Positions 10,832 through 24,420 of a DNA stretch of 64,000 bases are shown one piece after another. The notes beneath the pieces were generated by a model. The model searched no databases and had not been told where the DNA came from. It was given only the letters and a program-made list of their open reading frames with translations. The translations under genes were made by a program, and so were the position numbers. This DNA comes from Minutocellus sp. GHC0000111 (taxonomy: Eukaryota). Position 1 is the stretch's first letter. Each line of letters opens with the position of its first letter. The DNA is taken from positions 1,364,001 to 1,428,000 of the forward strand of contig OZ361261.1 of assembly GCA_977018835.1 (NCBI GenBank), read 5' to 3'.

Positions 10832-13800
10832 TCATCCCATCTCGACATCGGTTCCGCTGTCAAATGTGAAATTACTGGCGCTAGCCGACATTCTACTTTC
10901 TGAGTAATGCCCACTCAAGAAAGATGCAGAAGCCGCTGCACTGCTTGCTCGACCACGAGGTGATAGAGCAAAGCCGCTTGCACTGCCGTTGCCTGCCGCT
11001 GAAAGGAAGCTCTCGTCTTGAGAGGCATCGACCTCATCATCAAAGATTGGGTTGCTTTGCGGATAATGCAAGGATTCGTTGAGTGCTCTCATGAGCATCT
11101 CGGAGCAGAATGGATCATCTGGCTTGCGGCTTAGCGACTGATGATAGGCCTCGATGGCACCGTCGAGGTCGCCGTTGAGGTGTCGGGTGAAGCCAAGCGC
11201 TGAATAAGATGAAGCCTTGCCAGGGCAGATTGATAGAGACTTCTCGAAGCAAGCCGCGGCTTCATCAAACATGCAGATCTTGCGATAACTCTGACCCAAA
11301 TTGAAGATTGTAGGTTCCCAATAAGCATCGCGACAGAGCTGGATGCATTCGATATCGGATAGCTTACTTTTGCTCTTGGACCGAGGATGATGAGGTGCAT
11401 TGTGAGAACAAGGTGCATGATGAGGAAAGGTGGAAACATCCGCTGCTGCCGCATCCTTGGCGAATCGAACAGATGTCATCGGCGGGTTTCCAATCGATGG
11501 ACGACCTCGGCCATGTGGGGTGTTCTCGGCATCGTTGTCTACTTCCATCTCATTGGCGCCGGTGTTCATCAGAGTGCTGCTGCCCACACCGGTCTCGTCA
11601 CCTTCGCCTTCTCGATCAAGAGTCATCTCGGCAACGAGCCGAACTGCGTGGACAAAGCATGTCACAGCGTCGTCCCACTCGCCCTTGCGGTAGTGCAGGA
11701 CGCCCATTTCACTACGAACAAGAGGATCGGTGTTGCCGGATACCCTCCATGCACTCTTCAGGAAGTGACTTGCTAGGCTGAGATGATTGGTTCGCACATA
11801 TTCCATACCCATGTAGAGCAGAGGGTAGTGGTCTCCAGGATTTAGTCGGGAAGCTGCGCGGTAACTGGCCAGTGCCTGATCACTTTCGTCGCAGGCGGCA
11901 AAGGAACAGCCAAAGGCTATCCAGCACTCACTACTTCGAGGATCAAGCCTGGCCGCGCGGCAGAAGTGACGCTGGGCTAGGTCATACCTTCCGCATGCGT
12001 AGTAGTACGAACCGACCGCATACCAACTCTTGGCGGCCTTGGGGCTGGAATCGACGAGTCGATGGGCAAGCTGGAAGAGCGGGCGCTTGTATCCCAGAGA
12101 CGCCAGAGCCGAAATGTGAACGTAGGCGGCATTCTGACAGTACGGATCGGCCTTCTCCAAAAGCTGACAGTAGGACAATGTGAGAGGTAGATCGTACTTG
12201 GCATATGCATGGATGGCTGCCAGTGAAAGAATCTCCGATGACGACGATAGGTCCGGGTGGGACGTCAACCGAACCAAGGAGCGATTTATTTCATCGGAGG
12301 GAGTCAAAGGCACGCGCGCATCCGCTGCCGGGGTGTTGGCAGCCGCTGCAGGCTTCCGATCATCTTCTCCTTGCTCTTCTACCGCCTTGAGCTGAGCAGG
12401 CGACATCATTTGCGACTCCTCGAGTTGAATGGAGCTCTCATCCATGGCATGACCACCCATGAAGGTGAGGTTGGGAGTTTGCTGCTGCAAAATGACATTC
12501 GGCGACGACAAAGTGGTATCCTTGTTCCCATTCGTCGCTGGCTGCACCGTTTCATCTTGATCTTGATCCATCTTGTCATTTTGACCATCACAATCGCCAT
12601 TTGCGGCGACATGATTTTCGTTGGGCTCATACCCCACAATCGCCGCGTCGGCGGGGGCAAAGCCAAGCTTGGCCAGGTACACGTCCCGCAAGAATTCGCC
12701 TCCCGGCACCCCATCGAAGCTGAGATTGAGAATCATGGACCGTTCCTGATCCTTGTCCATAATGCGCCGATGGAGGCAGTGGTCCAGCGCTTGGACGTTG
12801 CGCGGGTCGATCCGTAGGGCCGCCCGGAGGAAGGTGGCACTGCGCGTCGGGTTGCCAAATTCGTCGTGGACGATGCCCAGCAACACCGCCAGGCGGGAGA
12901 TGGGATGGACGGCATTGATGAGCGCAGGTGGGACGTCGTCACCGACAGACCCGGCAGGTGGGCGGATGAGGTCGGCCAGCAGGTCCAACCGGGCATCATC
13001 TCCGTCCTCAATCTGATGAAAGACGAGGTGGGCGTCGAGGCCAAAGTAGTCCACCTCCTCGGCGTCCTTTCCTTGACCATTGCCGCCACCGGTACCGTTG
13101 CCGTCACCAGAAGTCGCCGACGACGACGATGATTGCTGCTGCTGCTGCTGCGATGCCTGCCGATGGCCCGGGGGCGGGTAGCAGCTGACCACCTCCATGA
13201 CGTTCAGGGCATCGTCCCACTCCCCGGCGGCGATCATGCACTCGGCCGCGAGGAGGGCCGCCTCGACCCGCAGGGCCGGAGATGATGATGCAGAAGCCTT
13301 GTGATCAATACCATTACCACCACCACTACCATTGTCACCATCGTCGGGAGTCACCGTCGGACGGGGATGGCCGAGCAATCCGGCCCCCTCGAGCATCCAA
13401 ACGGCCCTCTTGCCCTCCCCATTCAGAGCCAACGCCCGCGCGTAGAGGTAGGCATCGCCCACGTGTTTGGTGCGGGCATACAGCAGCGACCCAAAGAACA
13501 CGGCGTTGGTTACCGACGATGCGGTGGGACAGTTGAGCGGGGAGGGGGGAATGACGTGCTGGAGGGTGGAGAGGAGGAGGGTCCGCAGATGGTGGGTGGA
13601 GGTGGCATCCTGTCCGCTGGCGATGGCGACGGCCGAGAAGCCTCCGCCGTCGTGGGCGGTGGTACCATCGTGGGCGGTGGAGTAGGACGAGTACGACAGG
13701 TCGTGATGGTGGCTGCCATTGGGAACCGACGTGGATGTGCCGGCTCCTCCTACACCTCTGCCGATGCTGGCGTTGGCGTTGGGTATGGCCGTACCCAGTA

Positions 13801-14473
13801 CCCCACCGGCGGCGTTGCCGGTACTGCCAAGGGTATTGCCGGTGGCGGTGCTAAAGGCTGGCGAGGCGCCGGGGACCAGACCCCCGCCGTACGTCGGAGC
13901 GCCAGCGCCTCCACCGCCAGCGCCACCGTAAGACCGTCTGGCGGAGGCAGCGCCCCCAGTTGCGCCGGCAGCCATCATGGAGGAGGACGGTCCGTCCGAC
14001 AGGAAGGATGCTCCGACCCCACCTCCTCCCGCCCCGCCTCCAGCTGTGCCTGCACCTGCCATGGAAGACGCACCGCCGCCGCCCATACCAGCAGCGCCAG
14101 TCGCGGCACCCCCGGCCGACTCGTAGCTCAATCGACCGCCCCGCCCGGCGCCAGCGACGGTGCCCGGTGCGCCGATGGAGGCCGCCGCCGCGTCGGCGTA
14201 GGCACTGGGACTGGTCAGACCGGCACCGGCAGACGCACCATTTGCTCCTCCTGCGATGCTCGCGAGCGAGTCGGCGGCTCCAGCAGTACTAATACCAGCG
14301 GTGACCCCGTCGGGATCCGAGGCAAGCCCACCGCCGCCGGGTGTTGGGGCCGCGGCCGAGGGGAGACCGCCGCCGGCTGCTGCTGCGCTGTTGCCAGCAC
14401 CGGAGGCACCGCCCCCGCCTCGCGAGGAGCGGCGGGGAGCTGTCCGGCGGCGGTACGGCGATCGGCCGGCCAT
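10832..14473 (-). CDS. CDC16: Anaphase-promoting complex subunit 6 (Cdc16), TPR protein with a long Gly/Ala-rich N-terminus
   Basis: LFQLAHRLVD..P...SWYAVGSYY, LYMGMEY..TN, WEPTIFNLG and TPR arrays are characteristic of APC6. Confidence 0.9.
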   Translation of the reverse strand: MAGRSPYRRRTAPRRSSRGGGGASGAGNSAAAAGGGLPSAAAPTPGGGGLASDPDGVTAGISTAGAADSLASIAGGANGASAGAGLTSPSAYADAAAASIGAPGTVAGAGRGGRLSYESAGGAATGAAGMGGGGASSMAGAGTAGGGAGGGGVGASFLSDGPSSSMMAAGATGGAASARRSYGGAGGGGAGAPTYGGGLVPGASPAFSTATGNTLGSTGNAAGGVLGTAIPNANASIGRGVGGAGTSTSVPNGSHHHDLSYSSYSTAHDGTTAHDGGGFSAVAIASGQDATSTHHLRTLLLSTLQHVIPPSPLNCPTASSVTNAVFFGSLLYARTKHVGDAYLYARALALNGEGKRAVWMLEGAGLLGHPRPTVTPDDGDNGSGGGNGIDHKASASSSPALRVEAALLAAECMIAAGEWDDALNVMEVVSCYPPPGHRQASQQQQQQSSSSSATSGDGNGTGGGNGQGKDAEEVDYFGLDAHLVFHQIEDGDDARLDLLADLIRPPAGSVGDDVPPALINAVHPISRLAVLLGIVHDEFGNPTRSATFLRAALRIDPRNVQALDHCLHRRIMDKDQERSMILNLSFDGVPGGEFLRDVYLAKLGFAPADAAIVGYEPNENHVAANGDCDGQNDKMDQDQDETVQPATNGNKDTTLSSPNVILQQQTPNLTFMGGHAMDESSIQLEESQMMSPAQLKAVEEQGEDDRKPAAAANTPAADARVPLTPSDEINRSLVRLTSHPDLSSSSEILSLAAIHAYAKYDLPLTLSYCQLLEKADPYCQNAAYVHISALASLGYKRPLFQLAHRLVDSSPKAAKSWYAVGSYYYACGRYDLAQRHFCRAARLDPRSSECWIAFGCSFAACDESDQALASYRAASRLNPGDHYPLLYMGMEYVRTNHLSLASHFLKSAWRVSGNTDPLVRSEMGVLHYRKGEWDDAVTCFVHAVRLVAEMTLDREGEGDETGVGSSTLMNTGANEMEVDNDAENTPHGRGRPSIGNPPMTSVRFAKDAAAADVSTFPHHAPCSHNAPHHPRSKSKSKLSDIECIQLCRDAYWEPTIFNLGQSYRKICMFDEAAACFEKSLSICPGKASSYSALGFTRHLNGDLDGAIEAYHQSLSRKPDDPFCSEMLMRALNESLHYPQSNPIFDDEVDASQDESFLSAAGNGSASGFALSPRGRASSAAASASFLSGHYSESRMSASASNFTFDSGTDVEMG

Positions 14474-14911
14474 TGTTGGTGTCTCTTTCTCTCAGTAAGA
14501 TACCCCACCGAAACGAGCACCGAATAGAAGGACAAGGGGGGCGCGTTTGGGCTGTGTATCTTCCGGCCGGTGGCAAGCTCCCCCTTCGTATTCCCTCAAT
14601 CCGCACTTATTGGCCAAAAGTTTGGTTTTGGAATTGGTGCGTATCTTCCACGACGGTCTTTTGTACTGGCAAACAAAGCTTGGTGATTCCATTCAATTAA
14701 TCTGTTCGGCCTTGCGATATATTGCGTTAAACGAGGAGGGATGGGGTGTGGCGCTCCCGATGGCTTGGTCGAGGATGCCAACTGCGCAGCCAGGCAGATA
14801 AGATACAACGGCCCTCTCTCGCTCTCTCGTTTCGTCCGTCATTTTTGAGCACATCATGTGCTGCAATCTGGAACGGGCGAGGGACGGACGAAAAAACTGC
14901 TCTCCTACTCC

Positions 14912-17519
14912 CACAGCCAACCGGATGACTCGCATACTTTTGGTCGCACTTTCGGTGGCCGGCCGGCGCGCGAAGCAACCGACCGGCGCGCCCAACGCGA
15001 GCCACCATGGCGGCAAAAATTCAAATTGCCGCCGCTACGTGCAGAACGAAGGCGATATCTCGCGCTGGTGTGGGAGAATTACGGCACGAGACCAACCAGG
15101 TGCTCCCGACATCCTGGTGATATTCCCGTTGGTCTCGATCCACAACTCTCCATGAGCAAAAAAAATAACCGCCGCAATCCCGCGGTCAACACCGCAGACA
15201 GAGTTGCGGTGCAGGACGCCCTGGCTGAACTGCTCGTCCGTCTTCGCAGAAAGGAACTTCATTACTACAATTTCATCGGCAACAACAACGACTCCTTGAT
15301 GAATGTGTTGGGATGCAGTCCCATCATGTACGGCGCCGTCATGTGCACTGCGGGCATCTTGGGTTTGAAGAAGAAGAAACACGAAGACTGCGATGTGTTT
15401 TTTGTGAGGACAGACAACCAGAATGGATGGGATGAAATGGCATCAAGACACTGCCTTGCCGACGACGTTCAGCGAACCCCATACAAAAAGAGCATGTTTG
15501 TTCGCCTCGGTTCCATCAATCCTCGTGCAGCCGACGCTCTCCATGATGATGGATGGATGGCTTTCGACATGGTCACGGTCGAGCAACAATTTCGCCTCGA
15601 AGTGCCGCCGCCGCGGCTCAATTTGACGAAGGCATGCAATGCATTCCTCAAGTCGGTCGCACCACATGTGTCGGTGGGATGTGCGGCGATGGACTACGAA
15701 ATCAACAGGCAGATGTTGCTCGAGGCCCAGAAGTTCCCTGGTGGGTGTGATGGCCAGGAGGACGATGGGTGGGACAATGACGACGATGTTGGGACGGTGG
15801 GCACCCTGACCACGACGGAGGCCGGCGAGATCAGTGAGGACGATGACGACGAAGACGAGGACCATGTGCCCTGTTGTGAGGACGAAGCTGACATTGCAAG
15901 AGAGGACGCTGCACATGAAGCATGCATGCAGCAGCAGCAGCACTTTGAGAAGAGTCGTCAGAAGCACGGTGATGGCGAGGCAGAGATGGGAGCTGTCGAT
16001 GATGCCGAGGATGACGATGCCCCTCACTTCCATTTCCTGAAAAAGGCCGGCGTTGAGGCGGCCGACTCAGGTAAAATAAGGGCAGTGCTGGCAGAATGCT
16101 GGAGAGCTTTATCTATTAACATTTCTGATGTGGCAACAACAAGAAGAAACCAAGGACAACAGAGTTCATCCACCATAACACCTCCACCAAAGGAACTCTC
16201 CTAGAGCACAATCGCGAGGAAGATGGCATGACGGATGACGACATCAAAGAGCTCTGCAAAGCTTGCTCTAATTTGCTCCACACTCTTGACGCAATGTGTT
16301 CCAGGTTTCTGAAATGGTACATGAAATGGGATGATGAGGCAAAGAAGGCTGTGAGAGAGCTTGAAGCATTGATTGCAAGTGCCCTCAAGCAAGCACGGGC
16401 AATCGGCATTAGCACATGACGCCCAAGTGGCACTTACTCGAAGATCACATCTTGGACCAACACATTTGGCTAGTGAAGAGTGGATGGGGCGGCATCTATT
16501 GGCTCGACGAATCGTTTGTAGAGCGAGCCCACCAAGAGGGCGTTAAGGAAGATCGTCGGACTCAGGGCGTCAAGGGACATGAGGCCCAACAGACGGCGCA
16601 GTTCAAGGCTGAGGAGAGGGCATCCAATCCAAAGGTCGGGGAGAGGCGGGAGCGAAACTCTCGGGTGGCAAGAACAAGGAAAAGGACAAGGACCGAAGCT
16701 GTTAAAGCAGAAACTGATGACAAGCGCCAACAAGTGATCATGATGGCCACCGATGGAGATGAGGATGTAGAGATGGGAGCAGGGCATGTGTAAAATTAGA
16801 AAATGAAATTACACTGCTGCTACACAATGACAAATGAATTGCATGATCATCCAACTTTTACAAACAGTGTCGCGATTGAGCAAAAAAGTAAACAGCACAC
16901 CCAAACAAACACATCACGTCCTTCTTAACTCACCCATTTGTCTCCCAGACCAAAAAGTCCCTTTGTCGGGTTGATTGTTGCATAAACTTATCCCAACACT
17001 ATCTGTCTCTCCTCGGGCGCAAAATTGTTGTCGGAATTCCGGGAGGTCGAGTGGGGATGCGATCGGTCGGGATCAGCGAGAGTCGGTCATGCGGGGGGTG
17101 CGGCGCAATCCCGGCAGTTTATCATCAACAACAACGTGGGAAAGTACCAGAGGGTCTGGGGCATCACAACGGGAGCACGACGAGCACAAAGACGGAGCAA
17201 TGGCACCACCCCAGAGAAACGAACGAACGGCCGACAGATGGAGGAAAAGCAGGCCGATGGTTCGTGGCGTTGATGCGCAGCGGAGGCCAATCTGAGGATG
17301 CAGCAAGCTTCAACTATATCCAAACATGATAATGAATGCGTATTTGGTACGAAAATATAGTTATACGCCGGCGCAACGCCGACGGACCACCATGGTGTTG
17401 GACGGTCAAAGAATGGGTGACGAACGAGATTGGGTTTTGGTGGGTTTCTTCGTGAAGTGTTCGTCTTCTGCCGAAAAACGCTTCATCCGACCGGCGAAAC
17501 AAGACGAGATGGGGCTGTG
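14912..17519 (+). mobile_element. Non-autonomous Transib/RAG1-like DNA transposon, copy 1
   Basis: Termini CACAGCC...GGCTGTG; 5-bp TSD ACTCC (14907-14911 / 17520-17524); collinear with copy 2 at 51474-54833. Confidence 0.85.
15152..16793 (+). pseudogene. Frameshifted, internally deleted transposase of copy 1
   Basis: C-terminal TPKWHLLEDH...GGIYWLDESFVERAHQ fits the HxxxxH...G...ExxxE motif of Transib/RAG1/Chapaev transposases. No recognisable N-terminal DD region. Confidence 0.7.
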
Positions 17520-18130
17520 ACTCCTGACTACTCCCCTTTTTTGGAGGTGCGAAGAAAACGGGGAAAATCCAAAAGCGTACAGTATTCAGTTATTTCGTTA
17601 AAAATGCAACCTCCTTCCTCTTGCTTCCTCGAGATGAAAACCACTAGAGGGGGACTACCCGGTTTTATTAGACTTTTGACTTTTATTTATAGTGGGAAAT
17701 TAAATACCGATTTTGCAGGAAAACACTTTGATTTTTGGGGCGATTTCGCATATTATTCGGTAAACCGAACCAACGCAACCAGGACCGCGAGCACGAACAA
17801 AACTTGCTTGTTTGCCTTGAACTCGACGTTGCATTGAGCATCTCGTTGCCGCGACTGCTCAAAAGGCAACCCGTGCCAATCTCTTCCCTTTAAGAAAGGC
17901 AACTTCTCTCCTGGCGTGTCTCCATCTTTTAACACTTTTGGGCCGGTCTTTCACCTTGACCCAATCTCTCAGATTCGATTCTGTCGAGAGAATTTTCACG
18001 TGAAGTGCGTGCACCTTGCATCAGAATCTTTGGTGGTGGCATTCTGTCTCTCGGCCAGATCTGCATCTACCTCCACCTGGATTGAAGACCATTCTTTATA
18101 CTTAATATTGCCAAACGCTGACGACACACA

Positions 18131-20260
18131 ATGCCAGACTCTACTGGCTCGCCCCAGCAAGAGGAGAAAGATGGCACATCATCGGGCGACAAAGATACGA
18201 GTACGTCATCGCCGAACAATCAGGCACCAGAACTAGAGGCAAATGCAGAGCAGGGCAGTCCTTCCACGGTCGACATGAGCACCATTGCCAATGATGACGA
18301 TGACGACGATGCAATCAATGGCAACTCAGATAACAGCAATGCCTGCCCATCACCGGAGCGCATCATCCCCGCCCAGCCCACGCAGCCACCCGACAGTCCC
18401 AACCTGGGCGCCAATCCGGACGAGACAGACACGCTCCATTCCATCATGTTCAATCAAGACGGCGGATGTTTGTCGGTGGGTACCGGGCGGGGATTTCGAG
18501 TTTGCAACGTGTGGCCGTTCAATGAGACCTTTCGAAGAGAATTCGGTGCCAACATCCAGCTTGGAGGTGGAGGTGGTGAGGATGGCACCGATGGGTCGGA
18601 CGATGCTAATGGCGCCGGGGGCAATGATGGAGGTGGTCAAAATGGAAACGGATCAGGTTTGGACGGGTCAGGCAGTGGAGGAGGGGGCGGCGGAGTTGGA
18701 CTGTGCTCAATGCTCTACCGGACCAATCTGCTGGCGCTGACCAGCACGACGCCCCCTCCCATCAATGCGCACAGCCGCGTCACTCATTCGATGCATACGG
18801 CCCATCACACCGCGCACAATGCCGCGACGGCCGGTCAGTTGGCGCAGGTGACGTCTCTGAGCTTCCCGTCCAACAAGGTGTTGATTTATGATGATGCCCT
18901 GTCTCGACCGATCGGTGAATTGTCTTTCCGCCATCGAGTTTTATCAGTGAAGCTGCGACGGGATAGGATTGTGGTCATATTGAGGGATCGCATCTATGTC
19001 TATCGGTTCAGCGATTTGAGTCCGGTAGATTGCGTTGGCACTGGGCGGAATGAGGTAGGACTATGTGCAATTAGCCTGGAGGGTGCCACTGGAACAACCG
19101 GAGGCGGTACCATGAATGCCGGTGCTGGCGGTGGAAGTGGTGATGGGGATAATGCAGTCATGGTGTTGGCCTGCCCAGGAGTCGTTACCGGCCAAGTGCG
19201 GTTAGAGTTGTATGGTTTGAGAAAGACCTCGGTACGTTCGCGCTATGTGGTCGATGGTATGGTTATATCATTTCTTTATCTTTCCTAATATTCCATCAGC
19301 TCACCTTCTAACCACGTTTCCTCTTCCCCAATCTATCTTCCAGCTCATCAATGCTCATGAATCACCATTGGCGGCTCTTCAAGTTACAAATGATGGTACT
19401 CTGCTCGTCACAGCAAGCGAACGGGGTACCGTTCTGCGTCTCTTCGAGACTGGCCTCGTAAAGCGCGGCCACGGAGTTGGCGGGTCAAGAGATGCTACCG
19501 AGGACACAACCGGTAAACCGATCCGAGAATTCCGACGCGGAGTGGAGCGTGCGACTGTGACTGTCTCTCCTTCAGCCTTGACAATTCCTGGGTGGCTTGT
19601 GCCAGCGACCATGGAACCGTCCATGTTTTCCGGTGCTGGGAGAACGAAAACGCGGAAAGCACTCCTGCTTCCTTTGCGTCCTCAAAAAAGAAGAATTCTA
19701 CAAATCCAGTAAAGCTTTTGTCCAAGGTGCGTTCAACGACGAAGAAGTATTTCATGTCAGAAGAAGGATCGGTAGCGCATGTTCGCGGAATACCGCACCC
19801 TCATGCATGCGCCTTTGTTCCAGACCGAGAGCGAACGGTTGCAGTCGCAGGAACGGATGAGCTTGGAAATGGATGCCTTCTGGTCGCCGAATTCGCTACG
19901 AAAGGCAGTCTCGACTCGGAGGAGATGATTAGGCAGCAGCTTTTGGACGGTCAGAGTGGAACGGAAGTCAATAAGAGCGGCAAAGTGAGGAGGTTGGGAT
20001 ATCACCGCTTCTTTCGGAAAACGTCAATTGCCCATCATATTCCAAGCAGCCAAAGAAGACAGCAAATGCAACAAAATGGCCAGAATGGTGCTTACTATGA
20101 CGAATTACGTGTGGGGGATGCCCCGCCCAAAGGCGAGAGCAACATTGATTCGGTTGCCCGGAAACTTGACGACGTCATCTTCAGCGACGAAGGTGGCGGC
20201 GACGATGGTTTTGATCTTGTAGATGTAGCGCGACAAATTAAGCTCCGTGAAAAATTATAG
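18131..20260 (+). CDS. ATG18: PROPPIN / ATG18-WIPI family WD40 autophagy protein (intron ~19232-19343; frameshift ~19560)
   Basis: FNQDGGC, MLYRTNLLAL, INAHES, TASERGTVLRLF, EFRRG lipid-binding motif and ASDHGTVHVF. Confidence 0.9.
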
Positions 20261-20406
20261 CATCGACTTGACTTACTTTAGCTACTAGTACCTAGCTAGT
20301 CAACATCAATTGACGAATTCATCCAAAAACTCACAGCTTCTCTGGATTATCTCTTGCAGTAGTCACATAGCCAACCATTAACCTATCGTTTCATCTTTAC
20401 CTGAAA

Positions 20407-23400
20407 CTACGCCTGCTTTACTTTCCTCGGACTCAATCTACTGCTAGAAATGAGTGATGGATTCTTTCGAACAAGCTCCTCGATGAGAGGCCTCGCATAA
20501 TCATACCCTCTTTGGACAATTTCGTCGAATTTGTCATATTCGAGTGTGCCGAAGTCTTGAAGGTGGGCGCAAGTGAAGGTCGGCGACGGTTTCCATTCGT
20601 CGTCTATGCTGATCCGACGAGACCCATCGCAAGGCATCTTGAATGTCACCCATCGAAGGCACATTAACGGTCTTTGAGGAAGGGTTCAATGAGTTCCAGA
20701 GCAACCACCAGCCAGACAAGTAGGTGCCATACTCGTAGTAATCCTTTTGACTCTCGGCTGAGACGTCCACCGAGATCACTGTTCTGGCCCCGGCCTGCTC
20801 TTTCATGACATCGCTGGGTATGACGGACATGTAGCCGCCGTCTGCAAGTAGGGATCCGTTTTCACTAATGGGAGGAAGATATCCGGTTAGTGACATGGAA
20901 GCCCTCACGTACTTCCACAGAATGCCCTTGGTATGGATCATTAATTCACATCGTTGAATGTCGGTAGAGACACAAAAGAACTTGAGAACGAGATCTTGTA
21001 TTCTCGTTGAGCTTCCGAGGCTTTTCATGATTTGTCGGTTGAATCGATAGCCTGAAAACATGGAAGTTAGAGGCAGAGTTAAGTCCAGTATCTTCTCAAT
21101 GGGTGAAGCCATTTGAACAGCCATCTCTCGCGACCGTTTCATGAGAAGATCAAAATTATCGGGCCATCTTGCGAAGAGAGCACCAATAAAAGCCCCCTGA
21201 GATGTACCGCCGACCATGTCAATAGTTACACCGGCCTCGAGTAAAGCTTTGATCACGCCGAGATGGGCTAGGCCTCTTGCACCCCCACCTCCAAGAACTA
21301 AACCCACAGATAGTCCAGTCATTCGGCGACAAAGGGGCAAAATATCCTTTTCGTGCGTTGAGAATGGTACTCGAACAAGATGATGACCGACAATCCAGCT
21401 ACGCTCCTCCGACCAGTTGTCAAGAGCATCAGACACGGCGATCTCTGGGCTATTTGCGCTTGCAGAGTCCTCTTGCAACATATTTGTGACCGAGTCCTCA
21501 ACTACAACCACCTCAATTCGAACATGCATTGACTCATATGCCCATTCAAGACATCGCTCGATTTTGTTTGATGCGGGGGCTTCATCGGCCTTCACTAGCA
21601 GTAGAATTGCATCGGCCTGCCCGATGCAAGTTCTTGTCCACCACGTGTAATTTGCATCGGTCTGAAAGACAACAAGTCTATTCTGCTCTTCAACTTCCGC
21701 TAGAAATCGAGTCATTTTCAGTTCATGGACTGCGTTCTGGTGATGGTAAACCTTCTCTCCCAGGTGTTTCCGAGCGAGATGCTTTGTTAGAAGTTTCGTT
21801 GGAGCGATTCGTTGAAGAGAGGACGCCATTGCTGTGCAGAATGCAGATGCATCGATATCAGCGGCCATCGGAACAACTGCAATTGTCGCCAAACTCAACC
21901 CATAGGTAGGCATGATGGACGGCGAAGGCGCCTTGGCACTACTGCCACCCATTCTCAGAGGAGTAACTTTCCTTGGGATGTTTCTGCCACCTCCAAGGAT
22001 GGGGTCATGTCCAGCACCAAAGCGGGATACTTGAGCAGCTATTACACGTGAAAAGTGAAGCCCGGCGCTGGGGTGGGTCCGTATGAGTGCCTCAAGGACC
22101 TTGATTGGTATACTTGCTGTCTCGCTGTTTCGGATGGCGTAAAGCTTGCAGGGCCAGGCCTTTTTTGTAATGCCGGCAATGTCACCCACGCACTTTCCAC
22201 GGCCGAACTCCTCAACTGCATTGCCACTGTGGGAATGATAGCTTGCTCGAAGGCGGCCATTCAAAATCATTATCATTGAGTCACATGCGTCGCCCTTCCT
22301 TGCAATCACCTCACTGGCTTGAACAAATTCCCACTGGCTCGCCCAATTCACCAAATGCACTGACGGGCTCAGGAGACTGAGAATATGTTCAAAGCACGAA
22401 ACCATGGCATTTGAATTTGCAATGATGAGCTCATCAAATACCATCTTTGGGATTCGAAGTAATTTTACCTCCTTGCCGATGGCTTTCGCAGAAAATATAC
22501 TCACATCGCCACTAAAACACGCAAGCCTGCCGATGATTGCCCCCGGGCCTACCTTGGTGAATCTTTGGAACGAGGAGGAAGATTCTCTAGGGATCTCAGA
22601 GCCGATGTCCATCTCGCCATCGAGAATAAAATATAAGGAATGGTGTGGCTCGCCCGTTTTGATGAGAATTTCATCTTTCCCAAGAGTCACAAGTGTTGCA
22701 TGTTGTTGCAAAATTGGGACGCACTCCTTTGGCATCTCCAGCTCTTCGGCGGCAACAGCAGTAGCGTCGCGTATGATCGCAGACATGTCAGGGGTTTTTG
22801 TTCCGCCACCCCCCGTTAAACTGGAAGACAATCGGTACCATTCCTTGGATGACATTCGATTGGCCCATGCGGTTGGTGTTTCAAAATCGGCTCCGCGTCG
22901 AAGTAGTTCTTGCGAAATGCCGAGCGTTTTCACAAGAACTTGTAGTGTCACGCGTTGTACGCGTTGCACAATTGTCACTGCAACTCGGTGCACGTCGGCC
23001 GGAAATGAATCCATTACAACAGAATAACATCTCGCAGGAACTTTGATCAATCGACTGTTTTTGGTTGCAACGGCACTCACACCGCCCGCCATTGATAAGA
23101 CCTGCGGTGCTGCCGGTGCATCGGTATCATCAGCTCTTGCCTGAACTCTTTGGTGCTGAACAAGAGCCTCGAGCATTGCCAATAGCGGTGTAACTACAGT
23201 ACCTGGTCCCGAGGTGAAGCTCAACACTTTTTCTTCATCTGTAGCATCAGCTGCAATGTCTTTTTCGGCTAACGGATAGTCGTGAAAGAAACACTGGATG
23301 CTTCCCGCTAGAACAACGAATAGTGAGCCGTCGAATGAACCTCTCTCAAACAACTCTTGGCCGGGCTCCAGATCAATATACTCCGCTTCGCTCAAACACA

Positions 23401-24064
23401 ATTTTAGCGCATCTTGCCCCAAATAGCTGAATACCTTGATTTTGGACGCAATCTCTGCGAGGCTGCCATAAGTCGGGCGATCCACTCGAACAGCTCCAAA
23501 CTCTTTCCGGCGGTCTTTCACCTGTCTCTCCCTCTCTTCTCTTAATTCCTCCTCCGGCACGTCATCGTCCGGATCAACCTCAAAGTTCAAGATACTCTCA
23601 TAGGCTTTCGATCGCTTGACATCGCTCATTAGACGCCGCCATTTCTGTGACCGACGGATACCTTCGGCTGATTTCTTTCCCGGCGATATCTCATCGGCCC
23701 CTTCAGCATCGTCCTCGTCCAATTCGATCTGATCAATCACTTCTTGACCACCATCGTCTTCATCGTCCGACGAATCGCTTTCGTCATCACCGGCGGTTTC
23801 ATCCTGCACCTTGAAACCAACATGCGATCCCTTGGTCTTTTTAACGTGCGCCTGTCGATTGATGATCCAGAGATATAAAATCAACAGCAGAGCCATGCCA
23901 TTGAAGAACGATGCGGTCCCGAAGAAGGCAAGACTGAGCCTCCATCCCACCACGTGTTCCTTTGTGATGTTGGGCGTGGCGGATGATTCGTCGGGATTTT
24001 CCACGTCGTAAAATAAAAGACTTTTGATGTACTGAATAACGAGGTCGGAGTTGAAATCGACCAT
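20407..24064 (-). CDS. Neuropathy target esterase-like lysophospholipase (cNMP-binding domains plus patatin); frameshift near 20565
   Basis: N-terminal TM helix, three cNMP-like domains, GGGGARG, GTSQG and DGG motifs. The C-terminus continues as DFGTLEYDKFDEIVQRGYDY in another frame. Confidence 0.9.
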
Positions 24065-24250
24065 TGTTGTTCTGAATTCGCTTCTTGTGGGGTAAGGCGT
24101 ATCCGGTCAGCAGCGTCTGGAACACAAGATGTGCTGCGTACAGAATGGCGAGCCGCGTATCTTACGGCGCGCGTATTTCTACGTACGGCAATAGTCGGCG
24201 ACGTTTTGCCGCACTTCGCCGCGCGCCGCCGCTTGACCGTCACAAAGCAC

Positions 24251-24420
<170 letters not shown>

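Noticed and set aside
16800..17480. Possible convergent RAG2-like gene in the 3' part of the transposon
   Set aside because: Only short minus-strand ORFs; no kelch or PHD pattern I can support
14912..17519. CACTA/EnSpm classification
   Set aside because: Termini are CACAG, TSDs are 4-5 bp rather than 2-3 bp, and the ORF motif fits the Transib/RAG1/Chapaev type
14700..17772. Degenerate outer TIR element around copy 1
   Set aside because: Only weak inverted similarity (gttcgg...tgcg) and no TSD found
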